A stretch of DNA of 64,000 bases from Planctomycetota bacterium (lineage in GTDB: Bacteria; Planctomycetota; Planctomycetia; JALXBF01), in NCBI GenBank assembly GCA_026991575.1, contig JALXBF010000181.1:32699-96698 (forward strand). The letters are read 5' to 3'. The notes beneath the pieces are model-generated. The model worked only from the letters and a program-made list of their open reading frames with translations. It was not told the origin of the DNA and did not search any database. The translations under genes were made by a program, and so were the position numbers. This document shows, piece after piece, positions 38,051 to 46,738 of this stretch (position 1 is its first letter; each line of letters opens with the position of its first letter).

Positions 38051-38084
38051 CTGGGCCCCTGATGCCGAGTCGTGGTCGTCGTGA

Positions 38085-39431
38085 TTACTGCGGCTCTTGT
38101 ACCTGATCAGGTAGGATCGCCACCACGTCGTTTTCGTGCAAGCCGCTCCGGATCTCGACACGCTCGTCGCCGACGATGCCCACCTCAACGGGTTGCTCTA
38201 CGGCGCGGCCGTTTCTCCAGAGCACCACGCGCATCTGGCCTTGCTCGTCCCGGTACACTGCCGAACGCGGTACCGCGAGCACGCCGTCCTTGGCGGCGAG
38301 CACGAACCGCAGCCACAGCTCGTAGCCCACCGGCAATGGCACGCGGCCGGTTAATCGATCGCGCAGATGGGCCGGTAGCCCGATGTGCACCTTAACCCGC
38401 TGCTGCTCAACACCAAGCGAGCTGACCTTCGTAAAGCCCAACGGTTCGATGCGGTCGACGCTGGTTGTGCCGATGAGCTCTCCGTCCGGCTCCCACAACA
38501 GCTCCACGGAGCAGCTTGGCGGCAAGCGTACCGCATCGGTGCTGAGCAGCTCAGTAACGATCTCGAGTTCCTCCGGTTGGCCGATGGCCGCGATCAACGT
38601 GCCCGGAGCGACTGCGCGCGGGCTGCGCACCGGGTAGTCGAGCACGATTCCGTCGATCGGAGCGCGCAGCAGTGATCTGGAGCGTTTCAGCTCGGCAAGC
38701 TTTAGGGCAGCGACCGCGGCACGCTGCTCTGCCTCGGCCACCGCCCGCTCTAGACGCTTCAGACGGAGTCGAGCGGCGATGGTGCGCGGCAGCACCGCGA
38801 CCGCCTCACGCACGGCCTTCAGTGCCAGCGCAACCACCTCGGCCTGGCGCAGTTCGACTTCCGCGTCCGTGGCCCCAACTTGCGCTCGGTGCAGTTCATC
38901 TTCGCTGATTGCCTGTTGTTCGTAGAGTCGCTTCACTCGTTGTAGGAAGTCCCGCCGGTACGCGAAGCGCGAGCGTGCGCTTGAGACCTGGGCCTCAGCG
39001 GCCGCGACGGTGTGATCCATGGAGACGATCAGGGCCCGCGCTTGGGCGAGCAGTGTTTCCTCGAGTCCTTCAAATGCTGCTGCCTTCAGAGTGGCTTCGG
39101 CCCGAGCCAACCGGGCACGGGCCATGTCGACTTCCAGGGCGACCCGCTCCGGATCGATCCGGCCCAGGGACTGGCCTCTCGATACGCGGTCGCCGGGCTT
39201 GAGCGGTTCCGGGTAGAAGAGACCACGGATTTGAGCCGTGACGCGATGTGTTCGCTTCAGGGCCGTGTAGCCGCGCTCCTCGATCACGTGCCGCACGCTC
39301 CCGCGCTGAACGCGTACAAACCCTTCCGGTGGCCCGTGGTCATGGCGGCTAAGCCCGTAGGCGGCCCAGGCGGCCAGCAGCAGACAGGCCAAGAGCAGCA
39401 GAGCGAGATTGCGACGCCAGCGGGAACGCAT
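38085..39431 (-). CDS. HlyD/MacA-type membrane fusion (periplasmic adaptor) protein
   Basis: N-terminal TM, lipoyl-like halves (LKPGDRV..G and LRAPIDGIV), long helical hairpin, FTKVSSLGVEQQRV. Confidence 0.92.
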   Translation of the reverse strand: MRSRWRRNLALLLLACLLLAAWAAYGLSRHDHGPPEGFVRVQRGSVRHVIEERGYTALKRTHRVTAQIRGLFYPEPLKPGDRVSRGQSLGRIDPERVALEVDMARARLARAEATLKAAAFEGLEETLLAQARALIVSMDHTVAAAEAQVSSARSRFAYRRDFLQRVKRLYEQQAISEDELHRAQVGATDAEVELRQAEVVALALKAVREAVAVLPRTIAARLRLKRLERAVAEAEQRAAVAALKLAELKRSRSLLRAPIDGIVLDYPVRSPRAVAPGTLIAAIGQPEELEIVTELLSTDAVRLPPSCSVELLWEPDGELIGTTSVDRIEPLGFTKVSSLGVEQQRVKVHIGLPAHLRDRLTGRVPLPVGYELWLRFVLAAKDGVLAVPRSAVYRDEQGQMRVVLWRNGRAVEQPVEVGIVGDERVEIRSGLHENDVVAILPDQVQEPQ

Positions 39432-39437
39432 GTCGGG

Positions 39438-41084
39438 CTACTCGTTCTGTCGCGCGACCTTCCGCTCCGCGGGCCGCACCTGAAAGATCACCATACCTTT
39501 TCTGCCATCGCGCATGGACTCGTCATGCACCCTGCGTACCTCCAGTTCCTCCAAGGCCTGTACTCGCCGGAAGTCGCGACGGTCTCCGATCACGAGCGCT
39601 GCCCCTCGGCGCTGCGCCACACGGGCCACTTTTTCCGCGTCAGACACGGGCCTCGGCGGGTGCTTCATATAGAACCAGAGGCTCTCCTCTGCGTGCGGCA
39701 TCGCCAGCAGTGGTACGCCCGCAGTGCGGCGTAGTCGATCGGCTACCATCGCAGCATGGCGGTGCGAGTTCTGAGCGTCGTAGGCCGGCAGGACTGTCGT
39801 GAACAAAACCAGGGCGACCAACGCATGGCCCATTCCAAGCCAGATCAAGCCATCGACCCGCTTCCAGCGAACGACCGATAAGGCATACGCTGCGCCGGCT
39901 AGCGCAACGATTGCTCCGGCCAGCAGCAGCCATCGGCGGTCGAGCAGCCAGGTTGCCGCCACCAGTCCGATGCCTGCCCCGGCGAATAGCAACCATTGGG
40001 TGACGATGAGCAGACGCTGACGAAGCCCCGCCGCGTTGCCTGCGACCTGCGCCAGCGTGCCCCGCCAGGCCAGCCCGCTCAGCAAAGCTACGCCCGGCAA
40101 ACACGGCAGGTAGTAGCTTGGCTTCGTGATCTTCCAGAACGAAAACACGATTAGGTTTCCGGCTGCCCAGCCCCACACCAGCCACCAACGCGACCGCTCT
40201 GTGTGGTACGGCGAACGGGGCAGCCAGGGGTAGATGATTGCGGCGATTGCCAGCGGTACCCACGGTAGTGTCAGCTCCGGATAGCGGAGGACCATCGGCA
40301 GCGTGCGGTGCTCGCTTGGTTCCGGGACCGCTCCCAGTTTCAGGCCCATCTCGCGAAGCCACACCAGCGGTGCCCGGGGCTCGGCCACAACCACCAGCAC
40401 CGGCCAGGGCAGCGCGGTCACGACAGCGGCCGCCCACCACAGCGGGTCCCAGAGTCGCCGCCACAGCCGCCCCTCGCCCCGGCGCAGTACTGCGTCGACC
40501 GCCAGCGCAACGGCCACGATGAGCACGGCTACCGGCCCCTTGGTCAAGACACCAAGGCCCGTGCAGAGACCGCTGATGAGACGAAGCGATCGGTTAGCTC
40601 GTCCCCTAAGGCGATCGGCTTCCCACCGAGTCCACAGCGCTGCTGTGACCAGCGGCACCAGTAACGCGTCGGCCGAAGCCTGGCGGATTTCTGCCACAGC
40701 CCAGGTGGACGTGCAGAAGACCAATGCGGCAACCAGGCCGACGCTACGCCCAGCGAGCCGGTAGCCCCAGACATAGAGCATGGCGGCTGTCATCAGGCCG
40801 CCCAGTGCATACGGCAACCTCAAGCCGAACTCGTCGCGTCGTCCGGTAGCCAGGACGCTCACCGCTGAGAGCCACCGGCACAGGGGTGGTTTCTCCAGAC
40901 GCGGTTTGCCGGCCAGGTGGGCGACGATCCAGTTGCCGCGGAGCGTATCGGCCGTTTCCGCGGAAAGCCGTTGCTCGCGCCTGCCCCAGATATCCATCTC
41001 ACCCAGGCCGGCGCAGAAGGACATCCACGCGATCAACAGGAGGGCGAGCTCAGGAAGCCATCGATGGCGACTGAGATCCGACAT
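39438..41084 (-). CDS. ArnT-like GT-C glycosyltransferase (family 39/83)
   Basis: PRLEKPPL, EFGLRLP, GLGVLTKGP, PWP, KPSYYLPCLP; many TMs. Start placed at MSDLSRH. Confidence 0.88.
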   Translation of the reverse strand: MSDLSRHRWLPELALLLIAWMSFCAGLGEMDIWGRREQRLSAETADTLRGNWIVAHLAGKPRLEKPPLCRWLSAVSVLATGRRDEFGLRLPYALGGLMTAAMLYVWGYRLAGRSVGLVAALVFCTSTWAVAEIRQASADALLVPLVTAALWTRWEADRLRGRANRSLRLISGLCTGLGVLTKGPVAVLIVAVALAVDAVLRRGEGRLWRRLWDPLWWAAAVVTALPWPVLVVVAEPRAPLVWLREMGLKLGAVPEPSEHRTLPMVLRYPELTLPWVPLAIAAIIYPWLPRSPYHTERSRWWLVWGWAAGNLIVFSFWKITKPSYYLPCLPGVALLSGLAWRGTLAQVAGNAAGLRQRLLIVTQWLLFAGAGIGLVAATWLLDRRWLLLAGAIVALAGAAYALSVVRWKRVDGLIWLGMGHALVALVLFTTVLPAYDAQNSHRHAAMVADRLRRTAGVPLLAMPHAEESLWFYMKHPPRPVSDAEKVARVAQRRGAALVIGDRRDFRRVQALEELEVRRVHDESMRDGRKGMVIFQVRPAERKVARQNE

Positions 41085-41282
41085 TTGGGCGTTCGTTCCC
41101 TGGGCGTGTTGCACCTGGGTGTCGTTTAAGCTCTGACGGTGGGTTCTTGCTTGTCTTGCTCCGGCCAATGTCGGCCGGCATGAACTTCGCGCAAACGACG
41201 GCTGAGGTCAATTGTCAGTGGGCACAGTGAAGCCCCGTTGCCGTTCTTCGAGTGATCCGGCCGGTAGACTTTAGAAGGGAGC

Positions 41283-42209
41283 TTGAGCCAGCCGACAGAC
41301 CATGGCCCTGGAGTGATCGGCGGGGTGAATCGAGAGGCTGTGTCCCAGCAACCTGCACGTCTTCCGGGCCTGTTACCGAAGGAAGAGTATGTGGAGCAGG
41401 CGTACTTTTTCCGCGCGTTCCGGGAGCGGCTTGCCGATAATCTACCCACGCAATTGGTGCTCCAGCACTTGAAGGATGAAGTGCTGGCGACGACGAAGCT
41501 CCCGTACGCGATCGATTTCATGTTGAGCGAGGTCAAGCACTCTGGTGTGCTGTACCCTGCATTTGCCCGGTTGAGCCACTATTTCACGCCGTTCCAGACG
41601 TTCATCATCGCCCAGGCCGAGCGGGAGAGGGCGTTGCGGTTCACGGTGGAGCTAGCGCTACTTGTCCTGGAGCGCGAGGCCACGTACAAGAGCGAAGACC
41701 CGTCCCCGGCCGGGCTGTTTGTCTACCAGTTTGAGACCCTTTGCCGCAACCGGCTCGGTTACGACGAAGGCCTGGCGGCGATGGCCGGTGATCCGATGTA
41801 CGACGAGCACTGGCGCCGCTGGCTGCGTAAGCTACCGGGCATGCTGGGAGCAGTCGATCTGGCTGAGCTGATCTATGTCCGGTCCGAGTATGCGGTCAAG
41901 GAGCGGCGCAGGCAGCGGCCGGACTATCGCCCGCGGCACGCGATCCTCTTCGGGGAGAAGGAGGGTCGGATTGCTGCGGCCAATCGGGGCAAGGACCCGT
42001 TGTTCTTGTTCTCGGCGCTTCAGCGCCAGTTAAACTATCCGAAAGTCCCGCGGGCTGAACGGCCTGATCCGCAAGAGAAGCTCTTGCGCGACCTGGCCCG
42101 CCGAGTCCAGAACCTGGAAGCCCGTCTGAAGTTGCTCGAAGAGGAGGCCAAAGGGGAGCTGGACATCATGCGATACACCGTCTCGCCCGATCGCAACGAA
42201 CGGTCCTAA
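41283..42209 (+). CDS. Conserved planctomycete-type hypothetical protein
   Basis: EEYVEQAYFFR, ATTKLPYAIDF, LFGEKEGRIAAANRGKDP, LQRQLNYP, C-terminal coiled coil; strong coding pattern. Confidence 0.85.
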   Translation: MSQPTDHGPGVIGGVNREAVSQQPARLPGLLPKEEYVEQAYFFRAFRERLADNLPTQLVLQHLKDEVLATTKLPYAIDFMLSEVKHSGVLYPAFARLSHYFTPFQTFIIAQAERERALRFTVELALLVLEREATYKSEDPSPAGLFVYQFETLCRNRLGYDEGLAAMAGDPMYDEHWRRWLRKLPGMLGAVDLAELIYVRSEYAVKERRRQRPDYRPRHAILFGEKEGRIAAANRGKDPLFLFSALQRQLNYPKVPRAERPDPQEKLLRDLARRVQNLEARLKLLEEEAKGELDIMRYTVSPDRNERS

Positions 42210-42225
42210 CGGGACGAGGAAGACC

Positions 42226-43707
42226 ATGAACGTGCGAACCAAGAAGCCGGAATCGTTCCATGTTGTCGCCCGTTGCTGTTCGGTTGCTGGCATTGCGCTG
42301 GTGGCGGTGCTCTGGGTGGCTTTGCCCAGCGTGCTACCTGCCCAGGAGCAGACCGTTGGGCGGAAGTTGCCTGAGCGGCCCATCGAGCTGGCCCGGTTGT
42401 TGAGTCGGGCGTTTCAGGAGGCGTCGTCGCGAGTATTGCCAGCGGTGGTTGTGATCCGCGCGCGGCGACAGACCCGAGTGGGCGACACGACGTTGGCGTA
42501 CGCCGATGTAGGCTCGGGGGTGGTCGTGAAGCTTGCTGCCGATCTGCCACCGGTCGTGCTGACCAATAGCCATGTGCTGGACGGCGTCGCGCTGGACCGG
42601 CTGGAACTGACGCTATTGGACGGCACGGTGCTGCATGCGACCCAGTTGCTCTTCGATCGCAGATCGGACGTGGGGTTGATCAAGATCCGAGAGACCGCTG
42701 TGCCCGTCGCTCCGCTGGGGAACAGCGACCAGGTGCGCGTGGGGGAGTGGGTCCTGGCGATCGGCAGTCCCTTTGGTCTGGAAGGGACGGTCACGCACGG
42801 CATCATCAGCGCGCGCGGGCGGCGGTCGCTGCAGCTGGGAGGACATGGCTTCGCCGTGTTGAATCAGGATTACTTCCAGACTGATGCGCCAATTCACCCT
42901 GGGAACTCGGGCGGACCGCTCGTGAACTTGGACGGAGAGGTGATTGCGATCAACGCGGCGATTGCCTCTACGACGAACCGAGGCATGGGTGTCGGCTTTG
43001 CGATCCCGATAAACCTGGCGAAGTTCATCGCTGTGGAATTGGTGCGGCATGGCCGCGTGCGCCGTGCTTATCTGGGCATCAGCCTGGAGCCTGCGCTGAA
43101 CGTTGCCATCGCGCAGAAGCTCGGGCTGCCGAAGGTGCGGGGAGCTCTCGTAGGCGATGTCTTCCCCAGCACACCGGCTGCGGCCGCGAAACTTGAGCCG
43201 TTCGACGTGATCCTGGCGATCGACGGCACGCCCGTCGAGGACGGGGATGACTTGAGGAACAAGATAAGTCTGTCCCCTGTGGGCAAGACCGTGGAGCTGA
43301 CCGTCTGGCGCGATCGTCGCCAGATCAAACTACGTGCGCGTCTAGCCGAACGGGATGAGGGGGGCAGTCCCGGGGCTGAGCCCGTTTTGGCGGCTCGCCC
43401 CATTTCCGGTGAGTTGCTTCGTCAGCTTGGCATTCGGGCCGTGGCGTTGGATGACATGTTTCGCCGGAAGCTTGCGCTGCCCGATCAAGCTGGCCTGGTC
43501 GTGCTCAGACTCAGCCCTCACCATCCGGCCGCGCTGTCGATCGAACCGCTCGATGTGATCGTTGCCATCGACGGCAGACCGATCGCCAGCACGACTGATG
43601 CCGATCGGCTCCTGTCGGCATCCGCCCAATCGGGCAGTGTCACACTGACGCTGATCCGGCCGGGCGGTGACAAGCCGGTGCGGCGTACGGTGACGTTGGA
43701 GCGGTGA
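42226..43707 (+). CDS. HtrA/DegP-like trypsin serine protease with two PDZ domains
   Basis: LTNSHV (His), SDVG (Asp), PGNSGGPL (Ser), AIGSPFGL, AYLGI (PDZ). Confidence 0.95.
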   Translation: MNVRTKKPESFHVVARCCSVAGIALVAVLWVALPSVLPAQEQTVGRKLPERPIELARLLSRAFQEASSRVLPAVVVIRARRQTRVGDTTLAYADVGSGVVVKLAADLPPVVLTNSHVLDGVALDRLELTLLDGTVLHATQLLFDRRSDVGLIKIRETAVPVAPLGNSDQVRVGEWVLAIGSPFGLEGTVTHGIISARGRRSLQLGGHGFAVLNQDYFQTDAPIHPGNSGGPLVNLDGEVIAINAAIASTTNRGMGVGFAIPINLAKFIAVELVRHGRVRRAYLGISLEPALNVAIAQKLGLPKVRGALVGDVFPSTPAAAAKLEPFDVILAIDGTPVEDGDDLRNKISLSPVGKTVELTVWRDRRQIKLRARLAERDEGGSPGAEPVLAARPISGELLRQLGIRAVALDDMFRRKLALPDQAGLVVLRLSPHHPAALSIEPLDVIVAIDGRPIASTTDADRLLSASAQSGSVTLTLIRPGGDKPVRRTVTLER

Positions 43708-43713
43708 GGTCCC

Positions 43714-44736
43714 ATGCTACGTGAGGCGCTAGCCAGGCTGGTCGAAGGCCGGGACCTCTCGGCGCATGAGATGGCCGAGGTCATGGAGCAGATCATGCGG
43801 GGGGAAGCAGGCGAGGTGCTCACGGCCGCACTGCTCGTGGCCCTCCGCATGAAAGGCGAGCAGACCGAGGAGATTCTTGGGGCCGCTCAGACGCTGCGCC
43901 GGCACATGCGCCGGATTCCCGTACGTGGTGACGACCTGGTTGACACGTGCGGGACTGGAGGTGATGGCCACCACACCTTTAACATCAGCACGGCTGCCGC
44001 GCTGGTGGTGGCAGCATGTGGGGTGCCCGTGGCCAAGCACGGCAACCGGGGGGTATCGAGCCGCAGCGGTAGCGCCGACGTGCTCCGGCACTTGGGGGTG
44101 TGCATCGAGCTGGACGTCGACCAGATCGCCACGTGCCTGCAGCGGACCGGTATTGCCTTCTGCTTCGCACCACTGCTGCATCCGTCGATGCGGCATGCCC
44201 AGCCGGTACGACGAGAGCTGGGGATCCGCACCATTTTCAACGTCCTTGGTCCACTGGCCAATCCCGCCGGAGCAGCATACCAGCTGTTAGGTGTCAGTGA
44301 TGCGCGGTTGCAGCCGCTGCTAGCGCAGGCTCTAGCACGCCTGGGCATGCCACGCCGTGCCTGGGTTGTGCGCGGCGACGACGGCCTGGACGAGATCTCG
44401 CTCAGCGGTCCCACAAAGGTGCTGGAGGTGTACGACGGGCGGGTCACCGAGCGTGTGCTCGGCCCCGATTCGTTCGGATTGCCGGCCGCCCCGCTGCATG
44501 CCCTCCAGGTGGGGTCGGTTGCAGAGAGTGCGGCAGTGATCGAAGGGGTGCTGGCCGGGCAGACCGGCCCGCCGCGCGACGTGGTCGTGGCCAATGCTGC
44601 CGCAGCCTTAGTGTTGGCCGGGAGGGCAGACGATCTCCGCGCAGCGGCCGAAATGGCCGCCGCGGCGATCGATTCCGGACGGGCACTTGGAAAACTGGAA
44701 GAACTGGTCCGCGTCAGTCAGGAGCTGGCCAGCTGA
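43714..44736 (+). CDS. trpD: Anthranilate phosphoribosyltransferase
   Basis: DTCGTGGDG..TFNIST, KHGNRGVSSRSGSAD, RTIFNVLGPLANP, GLDEIS. Confidence 0.97.
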   Translation: MLREALARLVEGRDLSAHEMAEVMEQIMRGEAGEVLTAALLVALRMKGEQTEEILGAAQTLRRHMRRIPVRGDDLVDTCGTGGDGHHTFNISTAAALVVAACGVPVAKHGNRGVSSRSGSADVLRHLGVCIELDVDQIATCLQRTGIAFCFAPLLHPSMRHAQPVRRELGIRTIFNVLGPLANPAGAAYQLLGVSDARLQPLLAQALARLGMPRRAWVVRGDDGLDEISLSGPTKVLEVYDGRVTERVLGPDSFGLPAAPLHALQVGSVAESAAVIEGVLAGQTGPPRDVVVANAAAALVLAGRADDLRAAAEMAAAAIDSGRALGKLEELVRVSQELAS

Positions 44737-44814
44737 CCGCGCCATCGCTGACGCTGTCTTGCTTTCACCCGGCGATCGGTCAACCGCTCCGCAGGAGACG
44801 GAGCTGAGCGCAAC

Positions 44815-46671
44815 TCACCGAGGCTCCAGCAGCTTAGTCAGCTTGATCCGGAACACGTGGTTCGTCAAGCGTCCGCCGGTGTCTTCGTTCTGGATCCACA
44901 GGTAGCCGTCACGGAACCAGGCACCGTTGTTGCTGCCATCGAGGCGAACGAATGGCGGCAGAAGGGCTCTCCCCATCGGTTCCGGACGCTCCTCCACCAG
45001 CACCTCGCGCCAACCGGTCTGCCTGTCCACATACCGGTAGACGGCACAGCGGAACGGGTCCGAGAACACGATATCCAAGAGACGGTCGCCGTCCAGGTCC
45101 ACCCACCGACAGCCAGCGTCGTTGCCGTTCTCGTCCACGATGCGCACCAGCCGTGGTAGTCTGAGCGGCGTCGGTTGCCAGCGTTGTGATTCGCGATCCC
45201 ACCGGAAGACGCGACCGCCGACCGTGCCGCCGTCGATAAGTTCGCAGATGCCGTCTGCGTCCAGGTCGATCAGACGGACCCCGCCGTCCCGGCCGCCTCG
45301 ATCAGTGACCACCGTGGCTGGCAGTTCGCTCAATGCATCGGGCAACTCGCGCCAGCCGCCCTCTGCCCATTGCCACATGCGTCGCCGCCGCTTGCTGGCG
45401 TAGATCATGCAAACGCGCCCTTGGCTGTCCACCGTTCCAAAGCAGACTGGACGATACCGTGTGCCCAATAGCTCCCGTTCAACGAAGCGGATCGGCAACG
45501 GGTACTCGCGCCACTGCCGCTGCTGCGGTTGCCACACGCGCGTGCTTCTGACTCGAGGGTTGCCGATGAGCACGTCCATGTAGCCGTCGGCGTTGACATC
45601 CAGGATTCGGACGCCGTTGTCGGACCCGTCCGGCTGTCTCAGGGGCTCGCCGGCCAGCAGATTGCGGTTAATCCGTTCCAGCGCCTGGGCAAACGACAGG
45701 AACCGCACCTTACCGCCCAACTCCTTCTCCGCCGCGTCGATCAGCCGGGCGACCTGGTCGTTTCGGATCCAGCCGTGGGGATGGAACACCAGGCTTAGGG
45801 CGCCCTGTTTTACCGTCAGGGCGCGCAGGGCGGCGATCCAGTCGTCCACGGTCGCAGGGTTGTTCGGGCCATGTAGATACTGGGCATCCCAGTCGGAAGG
45901 CATCAGACACGGGAATTCCCAGGCCACTCGGCCGATGACGTAGGGGTACGGGTAGTTGTAGATCAGATTGGCCATCCAACGGTCCACCGGGATGTACTTA
46001 CGGAACCGCGGACGGCCGAACGGGTCAACCACTAGCTCGTCAGGCAGGTCCGGATCGGCTTGATCCAGAACGCAGAAGACGGAGGAGTCGATTGAGAGGT
46101 AGCCGCCGTTCGGCGTGGTACGGTTGAAGATCAGGTCGAAGAAACGGGGAGAGACGGAATTCATCGAGTCGCAGCACGGCATGCGGTACGCGACCGGCCC
46201 TGGGCCCGGGATCCGGCGAAGCAGGTCGACGCAGCCGTCGTAGGTGCGCTTGGCTTCGTAGAGGCGACCGTGCTGAAGCAGCGGACAGGGGTGTGTCAAC
46301 GTGTGCACCTCGACACTGCCCCCCTCCCGATGCCAGAAAACCAGCAGCGGGTCGTACGGGTCCACCCGGTTCGTCATGATGCTGTAGCCGGGCTTGCCCT
46401 GGTACCGTTTCAGGCGATCGACGATGGGTCTGAGGAACCGCTCGTATCGCTGTGGGGCGCGCATGTCGTCGATGGCCAGCACGAACACGGCTTCTATGCC
46501 CGGCTCCCCGACCCACTGAGGCGTGATCAATTTCGGGGTGGTGGCCGAGACCCAGTACGGGTCGATTGGCCCGTTCAGATACGTGAACCGGTTGCCATCG
46601 TTGGGCAATACCTGGGATCCCAATGCAAGCAGTATCAGCCATGCGGGCCACAGCATCCGGCCTGCTGCCAT
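44815..46671 (-). CDS. Secreted polysaccharide-deacetylase-like (NodB fold) plus FG-GAP/VCBS-repeat protein
   Basis: GGAGG RBS, signal peptide, LAIDD, EVHTLTHP, YRMPCC, LVFHPHG, then three DxxxDG repeats (DVNADG, DLDADG, DLDGDR). Confidence 0.78.
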   Translation of the reverse strand: MAAGRMLWPAWLILLALGSQVLPNDGNRFTYLNGPIDPYWVSATTPKLITPQWVGEPGIEAVFVLAIDDMRAPQRYERFLRPIVDRLKRYQGKPGYSIMTNRVDPYDPLLVFWHREGGSVEVHTLTHPCPLLQHGRLYEAKRTYDGCVDLLRRIPGPGPVAYRMPCCDSMNSVSPRFFDLIFNRTTPNGGYLSIDSSVFCVLDQADPDLPDELVVDPFGRPRFRKYIPVDRWMANLIYNYPYPYVIGRVAWEFPCLMPSDWDAQYLHGPNNPATVDDWIAALRALTVKQGALSLVFHPHGWIRNDQVARLIDAAEKELGGKVRFLSFAQALERINRNLLAGEPLRQPDGSDNGVRILDVNADGYMDVLIGNPRVRSTRVWQPQQRQWREYPLPIRFVERELLGTRYRPVCFGTVDSQGRVCMIYASKRRRRMWQWAEGGWRELPDALSELPATVVTDRGGRDGGVRLIDLDADGICELIDGGTVGGRVFRWDRESQRWQPTPLRLPRLVRIVDENGNDAGCRWVDLDGDRLLDIVFSDPFRCAVYRYVDRQTGWREVLVEERPEPMGRALLPPFVRLDGSNNGAWFRDGYLWIQNEDTGGRLTNHVFRIKLTKLLEPR

Positions 46672-46738
46672 GGATGGACCTCCCGGACGAGGGATGGTTC
46701 GAACCAGCCTTAAGGCTAGCACACGGAGCCGCGGTTGG

